Assembly: GCA_030390025.1 (NCBI GenBank)
Contig: CM059431.1
Span: 99,512,001 to 99,576,000, forward strand
Source of the DNA: Squalus acanthias
Lineage: Eukaryota
Direction: 5' to 3'
Length of the DNA stretch: 64,000 bases
In this document: one piece after another, positions 25,425 to 36,978 of the stretch
Numbering within the stretch: the stretch's first letter is position 1
How the letters are laid out: each line of letters begins with the position of its first letter
The notes under the pieces: model-generated
The model's database searches: none
Seen by the model: only the letters and a program-made list of their open reading frames with translations
Told to the model about the DNA's origin: nothing
Position numbers and translations under genes: made by a program

Positions 25425-26122
25425 TCAATTAGATCATGGCTGATCTGTGTCTTAACTCCATCTACCGCCTTGGTTCTGTAACCCTTAATACCCTTACCAA
25501 ACAAAAATCTATCAATCTTAGTTTTGAAATTTTCAATTGACCTCCACCCTCAACAGCTTTTTGGGGGAGAGAGTTCCAGATTTCCACTACCATTTGTGTG
25601 AAGAAGTGCTTCCTGACATCACCCCTGAATGGCCTGGCTCTAATTTTAAGGTGATGCCCCCTTGTTCTGGACTCACCCCACCAGAGGAAATAGTTTCTCT
25701 CTCTCTACACTATCAACTCCTTTAATCATCTTAAGCACCTCAATTAGATCACCCCTTAATCGTCTATAATCGAGGAAATATAAGCCTAGTCTATGTAACC
25801 TATCCTCATTATATACTCAACGACTGAGCCTCCACAGCCCTCTGGGGTAGAGAATTCCAAAGATTTACCACCCTCTGAGTGAAGAAATTTCTCCTCATCT
25901 CAGTCCGAAATGGCCGACCCCTTATTCTGAGACTGTGACCCCTGGTTCTAGACTCCCCAGCCAGGGGAAACATCCTCCCTGCATCTACCCTGTCAAGCCC
26001 TGTAAGAATTTTGTATGTTTCAATGAGATCACCTCTCATTCTTCTAAACTCTAGAGAATATAGGCCTAGTCTACTCAGTCTGTCCTCATAGGACAATCCC
26101 CCCATCCCAGGAACCAGTCTGG
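25425..26122 (-). mobile_element. Two adjacent CR1 3' fragments (~25425-25808 and 25809-26122)
   Basis: ORF 25809-26132 contains LGLYSLEFRRMRGDLIETYKIL; the first fragment is homologous to 53310-53770. Confidence 0.85.
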
Positions 26123-26434
26123 GGTTTAACATGTTGAAACAAGAAGCAGTCCTATGTTAGCTTTATGATTTGCTCTTTTACAGAATGCATTCCCTCGTTA
26201 TAATTCAGTCCAATTAAAATCCTCCGTAATTATCATCTTCCATGTCCCTATTGCACCTTTTATTTGTGAAAATAATTTCAAATCAATTTCCTGCTCTTGC
26301 CCCATTGGTATACAGCAATTCCCAGTTAGTCATGTATTTCCTTTCCACCACAAGTTTCCAACAACATTGACTTGAACCTCCTGTCCGCCAAAACTACAAA
26401 GCCACAATTCTTCAGCCCCAGTGGCATAGAAAAG

Positions 26435-27385
26435 AAAAAAAGAATGACTTGCATTTTTACAGCGCCTTTCACAACATCAGGTTGTCCCAAAGCGCTTTAC
26501 TGAAGTACTCTTTGAAGTGCAGTCACTGTTGTAATGCAGGAAACGCGGCAGCCAATTTGTGCACAGCAAGCTCCCACAAACCGCCAATGTGACAAAAACC
26601 AGATCATCTGTTTTGGTGATGGTGGTTGAGGAATGAATATTGACCAGGACACCGGGGAGAACTCCCCTGCTCTTCTTCAAAATAGTGCTGTGAGATTCTT
26701 TTACGTCCACCTGACAGACGGGGCCTCGGTTTAACATCTCATCCGAAAGTATGGTACCTCCGACAGTGCGGCGCTCCCTCAGTACTGCCTCTCCGACAGT
26801 GCAGCGCTCCCTCAGTACTGCCCCTCCGACAGTGCAGCGCTCCCTCAGTACTGCCCCTCCGAGAGTGCGGCACTCCCTCAGTACTGCCCCTCCGACAGTG
26901 CAGCCCTCCCTCAGTACTGCCCCTCCGACAGTGCGGCACTCCCTCAATACTGCCCCTCCGACAGTGCAGCGTTCCCTCAGTACTGCCCCTCCGACAGTGC
27001 GGCACTCCCTCAGTGCTGCCCCTCCGACAGTGCAGCGTTCCCTCAGTACTCCCCCTCCGACAGTGCGGCACTCCCTCAGTACTGACCCTCCGACAGTGCG
27101 GCGCTCCCTCAGTACTGCCCCTCCGATAGTGTGGCGCTCCCTCAGTACTCCCCCTCCGACAGTGCGGCACTCCCTCAGTACTGACCCTCCGACAGTGCGG
27201 CGCTCCCTCAGTACTGCCCCTCCGACAGTGCAGCATTCCCTCAGTACTGACCCTCCGACAGTGCGGCGCTCCCTCAGTACTGCCCCTCCGACAGTGCGGC
27301 GCTCCCTCAGTACTGCCCCTCCGACAGTGCGGCGCTCCCTCAGTACTGCCCCACCGACAGTGCGGCGCTTCCTCAGTACTGCCCA
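26435..27385 (-). mobile_element. Deu-domain SINE with 33-bp array (26757-27384, ~19 copies), abutting an L2 fragment at 27386-27512
   Basis: Deu domain at 26435-26756, then the array, then L2 FKSLHGLA on the minus strand. Confidence 0.9.
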
Positions 27386-27514
27386 TCCAAGGGTTGTGGG
27401 ACTGATGGAGGTTACAGAGATAGGGAGGGCAGCGAGGCCATGGAGGGATTTGAACACAAATATGAGAATTTTAAAATTGAGGTGTTGCTGAACCGGGAGT
27501 CAATTTAGGTCAAC

Positions 27515-27795
27515 TGGTGGGCGTAAAAGATCCCATGGCCACTATTTTGAAGAAGAGCAGGTGAGTTCTCCCCGACGTCCTGGCCAATATTTATCCCTCA
27601 ACCAACATCACTAAAACAGATTATCTGGACATTATCACATTGCTGTTTGTGGGATCTTGCTGTGCGCAAATTGGCTGCCACGTTTCCCACATTACAACAG
27701 TGATTACACAACAAAACGTACTTCATTGGCTGTAAAGCACTTTGAGGCGTCCTGAAGTCGTGAAAGGCGCTATTGAAATGCAAGTCTTTCTTTTA
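27515..27795 (+). mobile_element. Deu-domain SINE, 3' half
   Basis: gtaaaagatcccatggc...gaaaggcgctattgaaatgcaagtctttc. Confidence 0.9.
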
Positions 27796-28841
27796 TTTTT
27801 ATAAAGCTCTTCGAAGAACTCTACTGACTATTCAAATATCACATTGAAATTTGCGTTTTAATACTGCAACTGTGCCAAACAAAATAAGGCTGATTCTTCT
27901 CTCCCCAAGTGCATGCGAGCAGATTAGCAGCGTTTGGTTGCTGGTATCTTAATCAGTTTTTTCGGCCAGTTTAGATAAGCCTGTTTTTTGAAGAAAAAAA
28001 ATTAAATCAGCAAAACCTGTTGAAGTCACAAGATTCTACATTCAGTCCTAGATCATAGGACATTCGACTGTATCTCAAAGGTCCATCGCACAGAAATGAT
28101 GCATTCCATTAAGAAATATCGCTCTGCTGAAACTGCTCATTCGATTGATGAATAAGTGACTGTTATCAGGACTGGGGCTTTTAAAAAACAAAAAAATAAC
28201 ATACAGCGAAAATGTCATTTGCTATAATTGAGTCATTGGATTTCGATATAACTGTGGAATGTCTAAAAGATGCTTCTTTCATCTACGAACCAGACTCTCC
28301 TTGTTGGAGCTATTGGGATCGTACTATACCATTGCTCCTCAGGGAATAGTTAATACAATTGTTTAGTGTTGGGATAAAAGTGCACTTGGGAGCATGCAGA
28401 AAGATGCTGTCAATGAAAGTGAAATAGGACCTTCTGGGGTTTTGTTTTACTAACCTCTGCCTGCTCACCCCGAAACTTGTCTATTCCAAAGGTCATTAGT
28501 GTCTTGTTCTGACTTATTCCACTTGGACAAACAGAAGCACCAGGGTAAATGTATTTGAAAATCGTGATCAAAAAATGGTTTGTATTAATTTTGGCCTCTC
28601 TACCTCTCTTTCCTCCTTTAAAACGCTCCTTAAAACCGACCTCTTTGACCAAGCTTTTGCTCACCTGTCCCTAATATCTCCTTATGTGGCTCGGTGTCAA
28701 ATTTTGCCTGATAACGCTTCCATGCTTTTGTACTTTTTAGACCAGACTCCTCTTTGGTACTGTGGTGGGGGAGGTGAGGGAGGGCGTGAGAAGAAGGCAG
28801 AGCAACGGGCTCCACACACAACACTACGCTGGGTCCAAATC

Positions 28842-29185
28842 CTGGGACTCCCTCCCTAACAGCACTGTGGGAGCACCTTCACCACACCGACTGGGACTCC
28901 CTCCCTAACAGCACTGTGGGAGCACCTTCACCACACCGACTGGGACTCCCTCCCTAACAGCACTGTGGGAGCAACTTCACCACACCGACTGGGACTCCCT
29001 CCCTAACAGCACTGTGGGAGCACCTTCACCACACGGACTGGGACTCCCTCCCTAACAGCACTGTGGGAGCACCTTCACCACACCGACTGGGACTCCCTCC
29101 CTAACAGCACTGTGGGAGCAACTTCACCACACGGACTGGGACTCCCTCCCTAACAGCACTGTGGGAGCACCTTCACCACACCGAC
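28842..29185 (+). repeat. 49-bp tandem repeat x7 within a family A LINE 3' end (~28825-29272)
   Basis: Unit ctgggactccctccctaacagcactgtgggagcaccttcaccacaccga starts at 28842, 28891, 28940 ... 29136; single copy at ~7391-7440. Confidence 0.95.
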
Positions 29186-29275
29186 CGCAGCGGCTCAAGG
29201 AGAAGGCCCACCATCACCTTCTCAAGGGCAATTAGAGAAGGGTAATAAATGCTGGCCACACCAGTGACGCCCACT

Positions 29276-31318
29276 AATTTGATCACTAATGCCACACTTA
29301 TATTGATCACTAATGCCACACTTGCATTGATCACTAATGCCACACTTGTATTGATCACTAATGCCACACTTGTATTGATCACTAATGCCACACTTATATT
29401 GATCATTAATGCCACACTTGTATTGATCACTAATGCCACACTTGTATTGATCACTAATGCCACACTTATATTGATCATTAATGCCACACTTGTATTGATC
29501 ACTAATGCCACACTTATATTGATCACTAATGCCACAATTATATTGATCACTAATGCCACACTTGTATTGATCACTAATGCCACACTTGTATTGATCACTA
29601 ATGCCACACTTGTATTGATCACTAATGCCACACTTATATTGATCATTAATGCCACACTTGTATTGATCACTAATGCCACACTTATATTGATCACTAATGC
29701 CACAATTATATTGATCACTAATGCCACGCTTGTATTGATCACTAATGCCACACTTATATTGATCACTAATGCCACAATTATATTGATCACTAATGCCACA
29801 CTTATATTGATCACTAATGCCACACTTATATTGATCACTAATGTCACACTTATATTGATCACTAATGTCACACTTGTATTGATCACTAATAGAAACATAA
29901 ACATAGAAGATAGGAGCAGGAGTAGGCCATTCGGCCCCTCGAGCCTGCTCCGCCATTCAATGAGATCATGGCTGATCATCCAAATTCAGTACCCTGTCCC
30001 TGCTTTCTCCCCATATCCCTTGATCCCTTTAGCCTTAAGAAATATATCTAACTCCTTCTTGAATATATTTAATGAATTGGCCTCAACTGCTTTCTGTGGT
30101 AGAGAATTCCACAGGTTCACCACTCTCTGGGTGAAGAAATTCCTCCTCATCTCAGTCCTAAATGACTTACCCCTTATCTTTAGACTGTGACCTCTGGTTC
30201 TGGACTCCCCCGCCATCGGGAACATCCTTCCTGCATCTAGTCTGTCTAGTCCTGTTAGAATTTTATAAGTTTCAATGAGATTCCCCTCTCATTCTTCTAA
30301 ACTCTAGCGAATATAAGCCTAATCGACCCAATCTCTCCTCATACGTCATTCCTGCCATCCCAGGTATCAGTCTGGTAAATCTTCGCTGCACTCTCTCCAT
30401 GGCAAGAACATCCTTTCTCAGATAAGGCGACCAAAACTGCACACAATACTCAAGGTGTGGTCTCACCAAGGCCCTGTACAACTGCAGCAAGACATCCTTG
30501 CTCCTGTACTCGAATCCTCTCGCTATGAAGGCCAACATACCACTTGCCTTCTTAACCGCCTGCTGCACCTGCATGCTTACCTTCAGCGACTGGTGCACAA
30601 GGACACCCAGGTCTCATTACACTTCCCCTTTTCCCAATCTATTGCCGTTCAGATAATAATCTGCCTTCCTGTTTTTGCCACCAAAGTGGATAACCTCGCA
30701 TTTATCCACATTATACTGCATCTGCCATGCATCTGCCCAATCACCCAACCTGTCCAAATCATACTGGAGTTTCTCTGCATCCTCCTCACAACACACACGC
30801 CCACCCAGCTTTGTGTCGTCTGTAAACTTGGAGATATTACATCTAAATCCCTCGTCTAGATCATTAATATATATTGTGAATAACTGGGGTCCTAGTAATG
30901 TCACACTTGTATTGATCACTAATGCCACACTTATATTGATCACTAATGTCACACTTATAGTGATCACTAATGTCACACTTATATTGATCACTAATGCCAC
31001 ACTTGTAGTGATCACTAATGCCACACTTATATTGATCATTAATGTCACACTTGTATTGATCACTAATGTCACACTTATATTGATCACTAATGTCACACTT
31101 GTATTGATCACTAATGTCACACTTGTATTGATCACTAATGTCACACTTATATTGATCACTAATGTCACACTTATATTGATCACTAATGTCACACTTATAT
31201 TGATCACTAATGTCACACTTATAGTGATCACTAATGTCACACTTATATTGATCACTAATGTCACACTTATAGTGATCACTAATGTCACACTTATATTGAT
31301 CACTAATGCCGCATTTAT
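29276..31318. repeat. 24-bp minisatellite split by a CR1 insertion
   Basis: Unit gatcactaatg(c/t)cacactt(a/g)tatt at 29276-29890 and 30896-31318. Confidence 0.95.
29891..30895 (-). mobile_element. CR1/HER1-like LINE, 5'-truncated
   Basis: [39 protein letters not shown]; nearly identical to 54451-56195. Confidence 0.95.
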
Positions 31319-32499
31319 ATGGCACTAAGCAGTGCAAATTTCTGAAATGTGCAAGTCCTAGAAATCTGACAGCGACGAAAAAAAGCCGGTGCCATTGTGG
31401 GGCGAAGTTAACACCCTCCCGTAAAAAGAGTGCGGGCAGCACGGTTATTTTGGTGCTACCTGCTGTTTTAAATGAGCGCAGCGCAGAGCCTCCTGTGCAA
31501 TGCGCTGTTTCGGGCAGAGTGCTTAGCAGGAGGCCCAATGTAGCATGGCCGTAGCGTCGCTGGGGCGAGGCAGCATTCTCTTAAAGCTAGCCTGTCATTT
31601 TAGAAAGCAGTGTCGAGTCCTTAAAGGGGAACTGCCTTCTAAAATGAAAAAAAAAGTCATGTAATAGGCAGTTTTTAGCCCTTAGAGCTCAACTGCCTTC
31701 TGAAAAAAAACCATTAAAAATAATTCCCAAACGGCAGTCTTCAGCTCTTAAAGCTGAACTGCCTTCTGCACGTAAAAAAATGGTATAAGTGCTTCTGCAC
31801 TAACACAACTGGCTCAGCAAGCCAGGGAAGGGGCACCCAGGGTCTCGAACGTAGCACTCCAGCTTTGTGCAGGGGGTCAACACTGCAAGAGAGGTCCTCT
31901 ACCCACAGGGGCCAGGAAGCCCTCCAGAAAGAACGATGTTGGAGCAGATCACAGAGACCGTCACTGCCAACAGTGTCGCCCCCCCCCCCCCCACCCCCAC
32001 CCCCACCACCTGGCTCCAGTGCCCAAAGACATTTCATGACCTCAGACCACTGGTCAAGGTCAGTGACTGCATCTTCAAAACCTGTCTCCTACCAACTGCA
32101 CCACTAGCCTCACACACTGCTCAATGCACGACTTCCCCCCCCACCCCCCATTCACTCACCTACCAACAATCTCTACCAAACACAAGACACACCTCTCATT
32201 CCTAGCTTCACCTCACCCCCTTGGAGGAGACGGTGCTGGCCATTCTTGGCAGGGGCATGGCTGAGCCCTTGACCAGCGGCGGGGCTGAAAGGATACAAGA
32301 TGCTGGTTTCCTCATACGTTATCCTCCTTCTCACATCCCACTTCCCCCTCATCCCACAATATCTTTTGTTTTACAAGTTGCGCATGGAGTAAACATGCAG
32401 CTCATGCTTTCCCGCCCGCCCCTCACCACAACTCTACTCTTGTGCCTTCCTCATTTCAGACACCCAAGAAATGCAGCCAGTGGGTGACCAAGAGGGAGA

Positions 32500-32543
32500 G
32501 GAAGAAGAAGAAGAAGAAGAAGAAGAAGAAGAAGAAGAAGAAA
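32500..32543. repeat. (GAA)n microsatellite
   Basis: About 14 GAA units, probably an expanded acidic codon tract of the Harbinger remnant. Confidence 0.9.
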
Positions 32544-33099
32544 CACCATCACTCGATTTCACACTCCCAGCCACCAGCTCTTCAAGGTTGACCTGCAAGG
32601 CCATTTGCAGTGTCCCTCACTGAAAGTCAGCAGCCTTCCACCAGCCATGCTGCAGCCACTGGGGTAGCACTGTGTGATATCAGTAGGATAGGCAAAGGCA
32701 CACACAAGACACTCACTAAGGGAATGCATAAGGGTGTGAGTTGATTTCTTGATGTCATATTGGATGAATAGCTGTATAAAGTTGGATTGGAAAGTTTGCT
32801 TTGTGGTGGCTTTTATTTCAGCATCGTGGCCAAGAGGACACTGTGATGGTCAGTAACAGAGGGAAGGTAAGGTGTGGGACAAATGTTGAAAGGGGAATTG
32901 AGGTTGTGGTCTCTGGTACCACAGGTGAATGATTCCATCCTGGATATCCCAGCCAGAAAGGGGCTGTCTGGGTTGCATCCTTCCTTCCGCTTCCTTCTCT
33001 TCTGCTTCTTCCTCTTCCCTCTGTGAGCATCTTGTCCCCTTCGCTGCCTGTGCTTCATCTCCATGTGTCCCCTAGGATTGTGAGCAAAAGGTCTTCTCA

Positions 33100-33258
33100 G
33101 AAGCAAAATACTGCAGATGCTGGAAATCTGAAATAAAAGCAGAAAATGCTGAAAATACTCAGCAGGTCAGACGGCATCTCGACCCGAAACATGAACTCTG
33201 TTTCTCTCTCCACGGATGCTGCCTGGCCTGCTAGGTATTTCCAGCATTTTCTGTTTTA
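33100..33258. mobile_element. Penelope pLTR-derived fold-back fragment (family A) with incomplete hammerhead core
   Basis: Homologous to 19123-19332, with inverted arms; only gacccgaaac of the ribozyme remains. Confidence 0.75.
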
Positions 33259-34015
33259 AGAGGCTATCCTTTACCATCTGAAGCCTTGCAAGCATCAAGC
33301 AGCACTCCTTGCACCAAGCCACTACTTCAATAAAATATTTAAAAAAAGGTCCAAAAGCTGAAATCCAAACTGACCTGAAAGATGTGTGTGTCTTGTCCCT
33401 TTACGCAGTGCTGACAGTGTCTCTGCAGGGCCGCTTCATACACGTTTTTCTCTGCGTATTCAGGACACGGCGTAAAGGAAAGCGAGAACGTGCAACATAG
33501 CAGTCGTGGCGTCAAATGAAGCGTTGCACGTCACAATCTGCTTATTTAAATTTGAAAGGCCAGCGCTGTTAATGGCAGCGCTATGGCCCTCACCAAAATG
33601 GCGGCCGTCATGTCCCGCACCGGGAGCGGGCGGAAGCGAGACGGCTGCCATTTTTTTCAACAAAACTGACCTTAATGGTCGGCGCTACAACATCGAATTT
33701 TTAGGCCCCAGTCTTTTCTCCCCCCAAATATTTGGACGTTCTTTTGTCCCGTTTATATCGTGCATCAAATTGCTGATGGTCTTTTCAATCTTCCAACAAA
33801 TGTCTATTCATTAGTTTTCCGTTTAATCACCCCATTAATTCCCTTTTGATGATTTGTACATCTGTTGATTCGTGCCCCTCTCCCCTCCCTTTCTCTCTCT
33901 TTTTTCCAATCTATTAATAAAATGCCTGTTTACTTTTCCATTGTGTGGGTAATTATCCTTTCTGGTATCATGACTGCATGTAGTGTGTAATTTCCTTACA
34001 CAATAAGTACACAAT

Positions 34016-34758
34016 GGCCCAAAAATTAGTCTCACTACGCGAGAGTACGCACTGTGTACTCGCGTATTCTGTCTCCAATTGCCGGTTTTCTGCATGCACT
34101 GCGCATGCGCTGAAAACCGGCACTTGGTGATTTCAAAAGGGGGCGGTTCCTAAGTGAACTGCGTGCGCGCTACAGGCTGCGCGCACGCAGTGCACTTAGT
34201 GCTTTGAATGCGCAGGTAAGCATGGAAGATTTTACACATAAAGAAAGGAGGCGTAAGACCCTCTTTTAACAAGGTAAGTAGTTAATTAAGTATTATTTTG
34301 AATTTTTTTCAACAGGTATATCTTTTTTAGAGACTTTAAAGAAAGGTAAGTTTATTTTTATAACTTTTAAAAAGATTTTAAATTTTTTCAAAAATTTTAT
34401 TTTTTGTTTAAAGTGGTTAATTCATTTAACTATACTTATTTTATTAATGTGATGGTTTTTAAAAAAAATTTAATTGAGGTTTAGCTGTTCTTTTGGGGGT
34501 GTATAGTATTCATAGCTTTCACAGCCCTTGCTGTGAAAACTATGAATGAAAGATGGTGTGCTGCCATTGGCTCTAACTGAATCACGTGATCCCACAGCTC
34601 GCACGAATTAACTGCGTCTGTGGGATACGCACACACTGCACAGCTGCTGTCTAGAAACTCAAGTTCGTGCGAGCTTGGAAGGAAAAGGCAGGCGCGCAGT
34701 GAGATATCGCGGGGAAGCCTTACCCCCGCAGGAAGGCTCCGTCTTTAATTTCTGGGCC
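34016..34758. mobile_element. PIF/Harbinger-type MITE (family H1) with 3-bp TSD
   Basis: TIRs ggcccaaaaatta / taatttctgggcc; AAT at 34013-34015 and 34759-34761; collinear with 55266-56009. Confidence 0.9.
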
Positions 34759-34830
34759 AATGTCTGTCAGGAACAAGAAAAAACAGTCAGCCCAACAAGT
34801 CCAACTCCTCATCCAAGGAACTTTAGCTTC

Positions 34831-35296
34831 CTGGGCTGTGGGCGTCACTGGCAAGGCCGGCATTTATTGCCCATCCCTAATTGCCCTCGAGAAGGTGGTG
34901 GTGAGCCGCCTTCTTGAACCGCTGCAGTCCGTGTGGTGAAGGTGCTCCCACAGTGCTGTTAGAGAGGGAGTTCCAGGATCTTGACCCAGCGATGATGAAG
35001 GAACGGCCGATATATTTCCAAGTCAGGATGGTGTGTGACTTGGAGGGGAACTTGGAGGTGGTGGTGTTCCCATGCGCCTGCTGCCCTTGTCCTTCGAGGT
35101 GGAAGAGGTCGCAGATTTGGGAGGTGCTGCCGAAGAAGCCTTGGCGAGTTGCTGCAGTGCATCTTGTAGATGGTACACACTGCAGCCACGGTACGCCGGT
35201 GGTGGAGGGAGTGAATGTTTAAGGTGGTGGATGGGGTGCCAATCAAGCGGGCTGCTTTGTCCTGGATGGTGTCGATTTTGTTGGAGCTGCACTCCT
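34831..35296 (-). mobile_element. Family A LINE 3' fragment
   Basis: ORF 34959-35300 contains DTIQDKAARLIGTPSTTLNIHSLHHRR. Confidence 0.9.
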
Positions 35297-35689
35297 CCAT
35301 TTTTTGAAATAAAACCTTCTAAAACAAACTACAACAAATAGAAAGAACACAATTTTCATCAAAATGACAGCCTGCACTATTTTTAATTAGTGAAACCCAG
35401 TTGAAGAGGTCATTAACCTTAATGCAGATAACCACTAAGTTTAGAAGCAGCAGGAGAGAACAGCAATGAAATCAAGAAGCAATGATTAGGTGATCCCAGG
35501 CTCATGTTTTCAAAGGCATGACGTTGCAGCCCATGATGTTACAGTGGGCTGTTCTCCACAATAGGCAATGACGGAGAATCATTGGTGCTCTCCAAATGTA
35601 GTGTAGAAAATTAGATTTCTTCAGAGTACAGCGCAAGTTCAGAACACATAGGCTTTACTCTTGCTTTTTAAAAGCGCATGCGATTCAAC

Positions 35690-35828
35690 TATGAACCCTT
35701 TCCTTCAGGCCACCGGAAGTTCCGGTTTCCCGCGCATGCGCAGTGCATGCAGGAAACCGGCACTTCAGGACGCCTTACGGGTGAGTACACACTGCGTACT
35801 CACCCGGGAAGGGCCGAATTTTTGGCCC
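35690..35828. mobile_element. Terminal fragment of an H1-related Harbinger MITE (inverted)
   Basis: Reverse-complement homolog of 34016-34125, with the same hairpins and the TIR aatttttggccc. Confidence 0.7.
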
Positions 35829-36074
35829 TAATGTCATAAGATATAGGAGCAGCTAATAGCTCTTAGTTCTGATGGCCTAATATCTCCTCATGTGGCTCGG
35901 TGTTCGACGACGCTCCTGTGAAGCGCCTTCGGATGTCTTACTACGTTAAAGGAGTGATACAAATGCAAGATGTTGTTGATGACTCTCTTTGTGTTAAGTC
36001 TGAAACCTATATTTTACGTTGTACCGTTAAGAGTCCTGTGAGAAGTGCATCCTGTGAAGAGGGCTGTCCGATGA

Positions 36075-36515
36075 GCAGAGATTGTGTAGAATGGGTCTAT
36101 ACTCTCTGGAGTTCAGAAGAATGAGTGGTGATCTCATTCAGCCGTATAGAAATCTTTGAGAGCTTGACAGGGTCGAGGCTGAGAGGTTGTTTCCCCCTGG
36201 CTGGAGAGTCTAGAACCAGGGGTCACAGTCTCAGGACAAGGGGGCGGCCATTTAGGACTGAGATGAGGAGGAATTTCTTCACTCAGAGGGTGGTGAATCT
36301 TTGGAATTCTCTACCCCAGAGGGCTGTGGAGGCTCAGTCATTGAGTATATTCAAGGCTGAGATCGATCGATTTTTGGACTAGGGGAATCAAGGGATATGG
36401 GGATCGGGCAGGAAAGTGGAGTTGAGGTCGAAGATCAGCCATGATCTTATTGAATGGCGGAGCAGGCTCGAGGGGCCGAATGGCCGACTCCTGCTCCTAA
36501 TTCTTATGTTCTTAT
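36075..36515 (+). mobile_element. CR1 3' fragment
   Basis: ORF 36125-36382 contains SRTRGHSL..FFTQRVVNLWNSLP. Confidence 0.9.
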
Positions 36516-36978
36516 TATCAGTTTTCAATATAGCCAAAGTGCTTTAAGATGAGTCAAAACCGAGTTTTATCTTTAAAGAGATGGAGTACAAAATAAAACA
36601 GATTATTAACCTTTCAAACTAATAAGCCTGGATGAGTGCCAATCAGAGTTAACTTTTAGACTGTTGACAATTTAAAAATATATTGAGTAATAGACGAAAG
36701 ATATATGACTTGGAGTCTGAAAGCTAATATTGCCTCAGTGTATCAGATCTGCATCAGCAACAAAGAGGGTGGTATCACTGACTGTCCTGTGATTCTGTGC
36801 TTTCAAAGTCTTTTAAGCTAAATTCTAGCAAATAAAAGGAAAGTCTTGCCTTTTACAACCTCAGAACTTCTCAAAGCCCTTTACAGCCAATGCAGTACTG
36901 TTGTAATGTAGGAAACGCGGCGGCCAATTTGCGCACAGCAAGCTCCCACAAACAGTAATGAGATAATGACCGGATAAT

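Larger units (their letters stand above)
31354..33709. mobile_element. Degenerate PIF/Harbinger element: Myb/SANT-like gene remnant (+) and probable transposase C-terminal remnant (-)
   Basis: ORF 31867 reads QGVNTAREVLYP...EQITETVTANSV..TWLQCPKTFHDL (trihelix/Myb-SANT-like W..C.K.F.DL), with further pieces LEETVLAILGR and DTQEMQ..EEEE. Acidic tail on - at ~32950-33060. Right end aatttttaggccc resembles the local Harbinger MITE TIRs; left end uncertain. Confidence 0.7.

Noticed and set aside
26477..27491. Long repetitive ORFs (STAPPTVQRSL / CRRGSTEGALH / TVGGAVLRER) as mucin-like proteins
   Set aside because: They are translations of the 33-bp SINE-derived unit, which is open in several frames on both strands because its length is divisible by 3.
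29173..31538. ORFs with ITNATLIL / DQYKCGIS / VINISVAL repeats
   Set aside because: They are translations of a 24-bp minisatellite fused to CR1 sequence.
34016..35828. One large composite Harbinger bounded by ggcccaaaaatt / aatttttggccc
   Set aside because: The flanks do not match (aat versus taa), and 34016-34758 already has its own TIRs and AAT TSD.
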